Origin: an uncultured Acidobacteriota bacterium
GTDB taxonomy: Bacteria; Acidobacteriota; UBA6911
NCBI GenBank assembly: GCA_963843575.1
Contig: CAWJKZ010000010.1
Span: 1 to 64,000, forward strand
Direction: 5' to 3'
Length of the DNA stretch: 64,000 nucleotides
A model generated the notes under the pieces. It had not been told where the DNA came from. It searched no databases and saw nothing but the letters and a program-made list of their open reading frames with translations. This document shows positions 24,473-35,419 of this stretch, piece after piece. A program made the position numbers and the translations under genes. Each line of letters starts with the position of its first letter. Position 1 is the first letter of the stretch.

Positions 24473-24676
24473 TTAAAGCTTTACCACATCCTGGGCCTGG
24501 TAGCCCTTTGGGCCTTTCGCCACGTTGAACTCAACCTGGTCGCCTTCGTTCAGCGATTTGAAACCTGTGGCCTGAATTGCGGAATGGTGTACGAAAACAT
24601 CATCCCCGGAAGCGCGACGGATGAAACCGTAGCCCTTCTCGTTGTTGAACCATTTGACAGTCCCTTGTTCTTTCAT
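24473..24676 (-). CDS. cspA: Cold-shock protein
   Basis: [24 protein letters not shown]. Confidence 0.95.
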   Translation of the reverse strand: MKEQGTVKWFNNEKGYGFIRRASGDDVFVHHSAIQATGFKSLNEGDQVEFNVAKGPKGYQAQDVVKL

Positions 24677-24882
24677 TTGTCCTCTTGTTCACTCTGGCTT
24701 TAATTGTCACTGCCCCTCTGCTCCAGGCAGAAGGTATTCTTTCACTCTTGTTCCTCTGTTTTCGTATCCATTCGCTAGCCCGGAGGCCTAAAACAAAAGT
24801 GGCTGCTCTCCCCCCTGACTTCAGGAGTTTGCAGCCGCTTCATCAGACGAATTCAGTACAAAAACCTGACCAAGGTGGCAGG

Positions 24883-24911
24883 ATCATACATTCACAAAGT
24901 CCAAGATGCAA
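24883..24911 (-). promoter_or_regulatory. Sigma70 promoter of csp, giving a leader of about 200 nt
   Basis: TTGCAT-N17-TATGAT with an AT-rich upstream element. Confidence 0.65.
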
Positions 24912-24984
24912 TACTATTTTATTCATACCGAATTGCTTGTGCGGGTGTCAGAACGGATACGCGCCGGCGGCCCGAGGGGTCGGC

Positions 24985-25100
24985 GAATCCTGATGTCGCC
25001 GGACCCTGTCCTCACTTCGATCGGCGCACCGCCGCCGCGCACCATTGGTGAGGGTGTGGTCGACATGAACGCGCCCGCCGCTCGTGTGCGCATCCAAACA
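24985..25100 (-). pseudogene. Remnant of a DUF4097-like beta-strand-repeat protein C-terminus
   Basis: LDAHTSGGRVHVDH and VRGGGAPIEVRTGSGDIRIR in two adjacent frames. Confidence 0.45.
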
Positions 25101-25161
25101 AACAGGCGCGGAGGCTCCGCAGGGCGTGCTATTTTGTTCACCGGTCACATCGGAGGAACGA

Positions 25162-25326
25162 ATGCGCACGTCGGCCCGTCTCGCGCTCGCGCTCGCCTGT
25201 TACGCGGCCCTGGGAGCAGTGGCGGTTTTCACGCTCGACGGGGTGCTCCGCATCGTGCTGCTGATCTTCTTCGCCGGGCTCGCCTTCCGGACCATCGCAG
25301 CCGCCGGCGACATGGATGGCGATTAG
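25162..25326 (+). CDS. Small two-TM hypothetical protein (54 aa)
   Basis: GGAGGA RBS; MRTSARLALALACYAALG..VLLIFFAGLAFRT. Confidence 0.6.
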   Translation: MRTSARLALALACYAALGAVAVFTLDGVLRIVLLIFFAGLAFRTIAAAGDMDGD

Positions 25327-25421
25327 CTGCTTTAATTCGCCGATGCCCACCCGGCGCTGTTCCCTGCTTGGGGCAGGACGGGGAACTGTCGCGGCGCCAC
25401 GCCACGCCGGGGGCTGGCGTG

Positions 25422-26102
25422 TTACGGGATGACGACGGGGCCCGACCGGAGTGGTGCCGCCGGCGTGTCGCGCCGGGGAGAGAGCAGAGCGCAAGCCAGG
25501 CTGCGCCATACGGCGGCCACGCCATTCAGCGTATATATGGAGACGACGCCGAGCAACATCCCGGCAGCCAGGCAGAGGAGGGCCGCGTCGGTCGAGGTCA
25601 CTGGCCAGCCGCCGACATTCACCGGCACGTAGTGGAACGCCAGCGGCACCAGGATCAGGGCCGCGCTGACCGCGAACAGGGTCACGGTCAGGACGAACGA
25701 AACGATCCCCAGCGGAAACTTCAGGAAAAGAAAGAGGGTTCCCGACCACGTCTGCGCGTCGGCGACCATCGATTTGAATGCAGTCCAGGGATGCCTGATT
25801 CCGGGGTAGCGGGGGTCGGCAGCGTCGATCCGGGCACCGAGCAGCCAGCACGCCAGCTGCCGTTCGCCACGCGCCAGCGCCCGCGCACCCGCAAGCACGA
25901 GCACCAGAATGGGGAGGCCCACCCAGACGACCAGCAACGCCACCCCAAGCGAAAACCCCGCAACGAGAAAGGCGAAATAGAAGACGCCAAGCGGCAGCGA
26001 CAGTAAGAGGTAGAGTATGTTCAGATACGACTGCGTCCGCCCGATCGCGCCGAGAAACTCCCTCGGCGCGTATTCTCCCGATGCATAGTTGTGCGTGCTC
26101 AC
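25422..26102 (-). CDS. Putative sensor-domain membrane protein
   Basis: YLLLSLPLG..VWVGLP..ERQLA..FLKFPLG pattern with several TM segments. Confidence 0.8.
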   Translation of the reverse strand: MSTHNYASGEYAPREFLGAIGRTQSYLNILYLLLSLPLGVFYFAFLVAGFSLGVALLVVWVGLPILVLVLAGARALARGERQLACWLLGARIDAADPRYPGIRHPWTAFKSMVADAQTWSGTLFLFLKFPLGIVSFVLTVTLFAVSAALILVPLAFHYVPVNVGGWPVTSTDAALLCLAAGMLLGVVSIYTLNGVAAVWRSLACALLSPRRDTPAAPLRSGPVVIP

Positions 26103-26177
26103 GTGTGCCCGCCTTCCTCTCGCTACGCTTCTCTGCTACGGCGGGATACGAGGCCTTGAGAGCAGAAGTTCAGAACA

Positions 26178-26318
26178 TTTGGAGTGCGGCGCCTCGGCGC
26201 CGCTGTGACCGACGTCCAAAGGCCGCAATGCCCGGCGCCTTGGCGCCAGGACTGGTGCAGGCGGCGCCGAGGCGCCGCCAGGAAAGCGGCGTCAAGCCAG
26301 TCAAGCCGCCGCACTCCA
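26178..26318. repeat. Composite REP element (REPIN-like)
   Basis: About 110 bp, highly similar to the reverse complement of 57759-57868. Confidence 0.85.
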
Positions 26319-26328
26319 CACGATACGA

Positions 26329-27042
<714 letters not shown>

Positions 27043-27119
27043 CTTGTTTCCTCCAATAGACACGCCATTCATATGTAGGTCGCCAGCCCAGCCGCTCGCG
27101 GCCGGGAGGACGGCCGCGT

Positions 27120-28373
27120 TCAGTTCAGACGGATCCGGTCAAAGGCGTCCTGGGCGGACATGTCGGAGAGGATAACCTGGTCCCCCGGCTTGAGCCCATC
27201 GCGTATTTCGATGGTACTTACTGCGCTGCGTCCCAGTTTCACCTGGACACGCACGGCTTCGTTCCCGTCCGGCATGAGCTTGAAAAGTGACACGAGGCTC
27301 TCGGCCTGGCCCTGAACCGGACGTCCGACATAGACTACGTTATCGAGCCGCTCGAGCTCCACGGTTCCATCGACGCTGAGGTCCGGAACGGCCCCTTTGG
27401 GGAGGTCCCCCAGGAGCTTGACGTCGACGGTGCGGGTGCCGTTCTGGACGGACGGATCGATGCGCGAAACGCGCCCCTGGATTACGCCGTTGCGTGTATC
27501 GATGGTTGCCAGCTGTCCGATCTGGACGTCCTTGGCCTGCGTCTCGGCGATCTTCAGCTCGGCTTTCAACTTCATGGGATCCGCAACCCGCGCCAGGTTC
27601 AGCCCCGGCGTCACCCGCTGGCCGACTTCGACCGGGAGCAACTGCAGGACGCCCGCTACCCCGGCGCGGACGCGCAACTGGTCCAGCTGGCTTTTCTTGA
27701 GCTGGTAGACGGCCTTCAGCTGTTCGCCCCGCACCTGCTGAACTGCCAGCTGAGCCCGGATCGATTCCTTGTTGATTTCGAGCCGTTTCTTTTCGATCTG
27801 GATGCGGTTGGCCAGCTGCTCGGCTGTGACTCGCTCCAGTTTCACCGTCAGTTCGGGGACCAGGCCGAGCTTTGCGAGTTCCGCGTCGGCCTCTGCGCGC
27901 ATCACCGCCTGCGCGTGCTCGGACTCTATGCGGGCCGCATCGGCTTCCTGGGTCAGCTGCTGGCTCTCGAGCTTCACCTTGAGATCGAGGTAGGAACTCT
28001 CGGCCGCCTTCCAGTCCCACTCGGCGTTGACGGTCTCCTGTTCGAGCGTCTGGTTGCTGAGTTCAAGCAGGACGGTGTCGGCGCTGACGCGCGCGCCGGG
28101 CTGGACGAGCTTGCGCTCGACGCGGCCTTCGGTTACGGCGGGTACCCAGCGGATTTCCTCCGGGACGAGGGTTCCGAGACCGCGCACGTTCAACAGCATC
28201 GGCCCGCGCTTCACCGAGTCGATCCAGACAGTGGCCCGTTCCACGCTGGGGGCGGCGGGCGCGAGGCGCCTCAGGTACCAGCTGATCCCGCCGATGCTGC
28301 CGGCGAGGATGATGCCGAAAATGATTCGGCGTATGAGACGCTTTCGAGCCTGGGATTTGCGCGGGATGTCCAT
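27120..28373 (-). CDS. Periplasmic adaptor (MFP/HlyD family)
   Basis: N-terminal TM, lipoyl-like halves, coiled coil, GDQVILSD. Confidence 0.92.
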   Translation of the reverse strand: MDIPRKSQARKRLIRRIIFGIILAGSIGGISWYLRRLAPAAPSVERATVWIDSVKRGPMLLNVRGLGTLVPEEIRWVPAVTEGRVERKLVQPGARVSADTVLLELSNQTLEQETVNAEWDWKAAESSYLDLKVKLESQQLTQEADAARIESEHAQAVMRAEADAELAKLGLVPELTVKLERVTAEQLANRIQIEKKRLEINKESIRAQLAVQQVRGEQLKAVYQLKKSQLDQLRVRAGVAGVLQLLPVEVGQRVTPGLNLARVADPMKLKAELKIAETQAKDVQIGQLATIDTRNGVIQGRVSRIDPSVQNGTRTVDVKLLGDLPKGAVPDLSVDGTVELERLDNVVYVGRPVQGQAESLVSLFKLMPDGNEAVRVQVKLGRSAVSTIEIRDGLKPGDQVILSDMSAQDAFDRIRLN

Positions 28374-28396
28374 CGGTTCCTCCGGTCTGAGCGGTG

Positions 28397-28411
28397 GCAA
28401 CCCTCGTGCCA
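28397..28411 (-). promoter_or_regulatory. Sigma54 (-24/-12) promoter
   Basis: TGGCAC-GAGGG-TTGC just upstream of the adaptor start codon. Confidence 0.75.
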
Positions 28412-28708
28412 GTGTGTTCCCCGCTCATAAACCGCGATGACAGAAATACTTAGGCGTAACAACCGACCGCGCTCGCGCGTCCTCGATGCCCAATTACGGG
28501 ATCGTTCCGTCCAAATCCGGGACGATCGCGGTACCGCGGAGGGTCGCTCTCTTTACAGCCTAAGCTACGAAAATTACACCCGGGCGGTTCCCTGAGATCG
28601 CAGTCTCGCGTCGTCCGCCAACTGTAGGGTTAAAGGGGTCGAAGGGTCAAGGGGAACTGCGGGGACGCGCCGCCACCGGTTCTACAGGCTGCGGCAGTTT
28701 ACGTCTGC

Positions 28709-28793
<85 letters not shown>

Positions 28794-28850
28794 ACGATTG
28801 AGGCGCGGGCGCGGCAGCAACACGGAGGGGACACCGCCGCGGCGCGGATG

Positions 28851-29304
28851 CTACTTCTTGGGGGCCGGCTGCTGACCCGCCTCCGGCTTCGCCTGGGCGG
28901 GAGCCGGCGTCTGCGCGGCTCCCTGGGCGTTCTTCTTTTCGAATTTCCTCGACCTGCTTGTTGATCTGTTCCGGCGTGGGCGGCGCCTGAACGGGTTGAG
29001 CGGCCGCGGGGGCCTTAGGCGCCGGAGCCGTGGAGCCCTTGGTGGTGTCCATGATCGAGCGTTCCTGCGTCTTGGTGCCGATCAGCGCGAGCGACAGGCT
29101 CGTCACCATGAAGATCACCGCCGCCACGGTCGTGAGTTTGGACAGGAACGAGGCCGGACCGCGGCTGCCGAAAGCGGTCTGGGTTGCTCCGCCTCCGAAC
29201 GCCCCCGCGAGGTCCGCACCCTTGCCCGATTGCAGCAGGACCACAAGGATGAGGATGATGCAAACGATGACGTGAAGCGCGGTAATCAGATAATAAGTCA
29301 GCAT
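28851..29304 (-). CDS. secG: Preprotein translocase subunit SecG; probable frameshift in the tail near 28935
   Basis: [18 protein letters not shown]; the likely true end is PAPKK* before the tRNA. Confidence 0.9.
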
Positions 29305-29328
29305 GGATTCGATCTGCTTTCCTGGCGC

Positions 29329-30084
29329 CTAATTGCCGTAGTGGATGATGCGCAGGAAGCTGTTCGCCTCCAGGCACGCACCGCCGACCAGCGCGCCGTC
29401 GATGTCCGGCTGCCGCATCAAGTCCGCGATGTTGTCCGGCTTGACGCTGCCGCCATACAGAATACGAACCTGAGTCGCCGCGTCGTTCCCGAACTTTTGA
29501 GAGAGCCAACCGCGGATGGCACCGTGCACTTCCTGGGCGATCTCGGGCGAAGCCGTACGCCCCGTGCCGATGGCCCAGACCGGTTCGTAGGCGAGAATGA
29601 TACGCAACACCATCTGGTGTGTCAAGCCGTCGAGTCCACCCGCAAGTTGTTGACTGATGACGGCATGGTAGTTCCCGGCTTCCCTCTCGGCGAGAGTCTC
29701 GCCGACGCAGACGATTGGCTGCAAGCGGGAGCCGAGCAGCGCCTTCACCCGGCGGTTGACCGTCTGGTCGGTCTCGCCGAAGAACTGCCGGCGCTCGGAG
29801 TGGCCGACGATGACCATCCCGCAACCGATCTCTTCGAGCATCGGGATGCTGATCTCGCCGGTGAACGCACCCTTCGGCTCCCAGTGGACGTTCTGGGACG
29901 CGAGAATCAGTTTGGACCCCTTGATTTCCTCCGCCACCGCGCTCAGGGCAGTGTAAGGGGGGGCCAGAACGACCTGGGAACTCGTTTCGGAACCGGCCCC
30001 GTCCCTGATCTCACGGGCAAGGGTCCGGGCCTCGGCGGTGGTCTTGTGCATCTTCCAGTTGCCGGCAAAAACAGGTACTCGCAT
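29329..30084 (-). CDS. tpiA: Triosephosphate isomerase
   Basis: AGNWKMH, GHSERR, AYEPVWAIGTG. Confidence 0.98.
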   Translation of the reverse strand: MRVPVFAGNWKMHKTTAEARTLAREIRDGAGSETSSQVVLAPPYTALSAVAEEIKGSKLILASQNVHWEPKGAFTGEISIPMLEEIGCGMVIVGHSERRQFFGETDQTVNRRVKALLGSRLQPIVCVGETLAEREAGNYHAVISQQLAGGLDGLTHQMVLRIILAYEPVWAIGTGRTASPEIAQEVHGAIRGWLSQKFGNDAATQVRILYGGSVKPDNIADLMRQPDIDGALVGGACLEANSFLRIIHYGN

Positions 30085-30199
30085 GGCTCTCCTTTAACGG
30101 CCGGGCCGCGGCGGCCAGCCGCGGCCCGGTAGCATGTCCTGCTCGTTACGAATGCGAAGGCGGCGCGCACGGGCCGCAGTTCGGATCAGTCAGTCGCTC

Positions 30200-31376
30200 C
30201 TACTTCTCGGTCAGCGCCGCCACTCCGGGGAGCACCTGACCCGCCAGGAATTCGAGCGACGCGCCGCCGCCCGTCGAGATGTGCGAGATCTTGTCGGCGA
30301 CTCCGGCCTTGACGACCGCCGCGGCGGAGTCCCCTCCGCCGATGATGGACACCGCCTTGGATTGCGCGACCGCGCGCGCCACCCCGATGGTTCCGGCGGC
30401 GAAGGCGTCCTTTTCGAACACACCCATTGGCCCGTTCCACACGATGGTGCGGGCGGTGCTCACGACCCGGGAGTACTCCTCGACCGTCTTGGGACCGATG
30501 TCGAGGCCCATTTCCCCGTCTGGGATCTGGTCCGCCGGAACCGTGTGGGCCGCGGCCTCGTTCTCGATGGCCGGGCTGGCCACGGCATCGGTCGGGAGCA
30601 GGATCTTGCCGCCGGCACGCCCAAGGAGGTCGCGGGCGAGGTCGAGCTTGTCGGCTTCGCACAGGGAGTTGCCGATGTTCTTTCCCTGGCTCTTCAGGAA
30701 CGTGAACATCATCGCGCCCCCGATCAGCAGGCGGTCGACCTTGCCGAGCAGGTTCTCGATCACCTCGATCTTGTCGGAGATCTTGGCACCCCCCAGGATC
30801 GCGACAAACGGCCGCTCGGGCCGCTCCAGCGCGTCTCCCAGGTAACGCAGTTCCTTCTCCATCAGGAAGCCGGCCGCGGATTTGGCGACGTGGTGAGTGA
30901 TGCCCTCGGTGGAAGCGTGTGCGCGGTGGGCGCTGCCGAAGGCGTCGTTGACGTACAGGGAGGCCAGCGCCCCCAGCTGGGCCGCAAACTCAGGCTTGTT
31001 CTTCTCTTCCTCCGGGTGGAACCGGAGATTCTCGAGCAGGATCACGTCACCAGGCTGCGCCGCCGCAGCCGCAGCTCTCGACCTCCGGCCCGATGCAGTC
31101 GGGGACGAACTTCACCGGTTTGCCCAGCAACTGCGAGAGGCGCTCGGCCACAGGCCCGAGGCTGTACTCGGGGTTGGGCTGCCCCTTGGGCCGCCCCAGG
31201 TGAGACGCCAGCAACAGGACGGCCCCGTGCTCGATCCCGTATCGGATCGTCGGCAAGGCTTCGCGAATGCGCAGATCGTCACGCACCTGCCCGCCCTTGA
31301 TAGGAACGTTGAAATCCACCCGCACGAAAATGCGCTTCCCGCGCAAGTCCAAGTCTCGTATCGTCAGTTTAGCCAT
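30200..31376 (-). CDS. pgk: Phosphoglycerate kinase; frameshift near 31075
   Basis: [31 protein letters not shown]. Confidence 0.95.
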
Positions 31377-31651
31377 GTCGGTACAACCCGTCGGAAGAAT
31401 TGATTGAATGAAGAATCCTGACCATTGAGCCTAACCAATCAGTTTAACCCAAAACCCTGCAATCCCGATAGGATTTTCGGAATGCCGTCGTTCGAAATGC
31501 AGACAGAAATAACTCGCCACGGAAAACACGGAAGAACACATCGGCGGCGTGAAGGGGCGGTCTGCAACGGCGGGACGGAGTCCGGTATTATCGAGTCTTC
31601 GGGGCCGCTTCTAGGACTGACCCCGAAGACTCGAAGCACGGTCGGCGCGGA

Positions 31652-33301
<1,650 letters not shown>

Positions 33302-33336
33302 TTATTTAATATCTGCGCGCCTGTGTGTCAAGTGTC

Positions 33337-33385
33337 AAAAACCGGAAGCGGAAGCCGGAAGGCGGCTCCCGGCTCCCGGCTTCCG
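33337..33385 (-). terminator. Possible intrinsic terminator after rtcB
   Basis: cggaagccgg...ccggcttccg hairpin with a T-run shortly after on the minus strand. Confidence 0.45.
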
Positions 33386-33391
33386 TTTGTG

Positions 33392-34828
33392 CTAGCCCTT
33401 GATGACGCCGACGGGTCGGAGTCGCGCGACTTTCCGGCTGATCCCCGCGGAGACGACGGCGTCCACCACGTCGTGGATGTCTTTGTAGGCTTCGGGCATT
33501 TCTTCCGCGACGGTCCGGCGGCCCGATGCCATCAGGGTCACCCCTCGTTCTTTCATTTCGCCAAACAGGTCTCGTCCGCGTGCGTGCTTCAGCGCCTGGG
33601 TGCGGCTCTGGACGCGCCCGGCGCCGTGGCAGCTGCTGCCGAAAGTCTCCTGCATGGCGCGTGCGGTTCCGGCGAGGACATAGGAACCGGTTCCCATGTC
33701 GCCCGGGATGAGCACGGGTTGGCCCGTTTCGCGGTACGCTGCCGGGATCTGGGGAGATCCGGGCCCGAATGCTCGGGTCGCCCCCTTGCGGTGGACGCAC
33801 ACGAGCTGCTCGGTCCCGTCGATCGTGTGCCGTTCGAATTTCGCGATGTTGTGGCACACGTCGTAGACCAGCCCGAATCCCAACGTGCGCGGGTTTGTGT
33901 CGAGCGCCTCGAGCATGGCGCGCTCGGCCAGCCCCATCATGACCTGACGGTTGGCCCATGCGTAATTTGCGGCGCAGGACATCGCGGCGAGATAGCGGCG
34001 TCCCTCGTCGGAGTCGAGGGGGGCACATGCGAGCTGACGGTCGGGGACTTCGATGCCATACTTGCGCATGGCCTGCGCCACGACGCCGAGGTAATCGTCG
34101 CACACCTGGTACCCGAGCCCGCGGGAGCCGGAGTGGATGAAAACGGCAACCTGGCCTTCGCGCAGCCCGAACGCGTCCGCCACCGCGGGGTCGAAAATTT
34201 CCTCTACGACGTCTATTTCCAGGAAGTGATTGCCACTGCCCAGGGTGCCGACTTGTGTAGAACCGCGCTCCCTGGCCCGATCGCTCACCTGATCGCAGTC
34301 CGCACCCTCGAGGCAGCCCCCTTCTTCGGTATTCTCGAGGTCCTGGGCATTTCCGAACCCGCGTCCGACCGCCCATCGGGCGCCGTTTTCGAGCACGTCG
34401 CGCTGCTCAGAGCGCGACAGCCTGCTCACCGCCCCGGATGAGCCGACGCCAGCCGGAACGGCCCGGTACAGCGCCGTGACGATTTCTTTCATCTTCGGCT
34501 GTATATCGTGGAGGACCAGACCGGTCCTGATCAGTCGGACCCCTCAATTAATGTCGTAGCCGACCCCTCCCGGAGAGATGACGCCGTCTTGCGCGCTCAT
34601 GGCGGCCACGCCGCCGATGGGAAAGCCATATCCCCAGTGGATATCGGGCATCGCGATGGAGTACTTCACGATGCCGGGGAGGTGGGCAACATTGCGGACC
34701 TGCTGCACGCTCTCGTCGCTCTTTGGGTCGGCAAGCAGCTTCCGGGTGGCGTAGATCCTCCCGGGAACGCGCATGCCGCCGGTCTTGGGAATCTCCCAGA
34801 GGTAATCATGTATCTTCCGAATATCCAT
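33392..34828 (-). CDS. rtcB: RNA ligase RtcB with in-frame UGA at the conserved Cys (candidate Sec95)
   Basis: [45 protein letters not shown] and CHGAGR; both ORF halves are in the same frame. Confidence 0.93.
34505..34531 (-). promoter_or_regulatory. Candidate bacterial SECIS hairpin
   Basis: AUC-AGGACC-GGUCU-GGUCCU-ccac-GAU; the loop starts with G after a 21-nt spacer from the UGA. Confidence 0.7.
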
Positions 34829-34906
34829 GGTTCGACTCCTGACAGGGAGTGGGCCGCGGCGGCCCTCGCATCCTGCCTCTCCCGGCCGCTCATCCCGCCC
34901 ACCTGT

Positions 34907-35335
34907 TCAAATGTCCAGTATAACGGTCGCCCGCCATTCCCCGTCCACTTCCCCGACCTGGAGCTTGTGGTAGGTTACCGCCTTGACCTCTTGATATTCG
35001 CAGCCGGAGGCTTCCTCCCACGTCACGGCGAGCGGGACCGCGCGCAGCAAAGCGGGGCCGATCTCCATGGGTGAGGCGTCGACGAAGTACGCGTGCCGGA
35101 GGTGGAAGAGGCAGAGCAGTTCCTGGAGCCAGCGTACGAGGAGTTCCTCCCGGTCGGCGGCCTCGATGAACACGGGAGCGCAGGCGCAAGGGGCCCCGGC
35201 GGGGACGGGCCCGATCCACTCCATAAGGGCGCGGCCGGCCGCGGTGAAGAGCGCCTCGAGCGAGCATGCCCGGACCCGGATCCCCACGTCGGCGGCGTGA
35301 TCGAAGAAAGAGTAAGTGGCGGCGCCGTCTCCCAT
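34907..35335 (-). CDS. Archease
   Basis: DHAADVG, EVKAVTYH, C-terminal VILDI; directly upstream of rtcB. Confidence 0.93.
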   Translation of the reverse strand: MGDGAATYSFFDHAADVGIRVRACSLEALFTAAGRALMEWIGPVPAGAPCACAPVFIEAADREELLVRWLQELLCLFHLRHAYFVDASPMEIGPALLRAVPLAVTWEEASGCEYQEVKAVTYHKLQVGEVDGEWRATVILDI

Positions 35336-35419
35336 GCAGGCATTGTACATTTCCGCGGGCGGGAGACCACGTCCAGATATCGTTTTATCGCCGGCCCGTC
35401 TGCTGGTACCTTAAGGGCC

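Noticed and set aside
31047-31049. TGA ending the first pgk ORF as another selenocysteine codon
   Set aside because: The downstream half is in a different frame, and this is not a Cys position.
33326-33338. Tandem TTGACA upstream of groEL as a CtsR or CIRCE operator
   Set aside because: The 7-bp spacing fits neither consensus, and the -10 match is weak.
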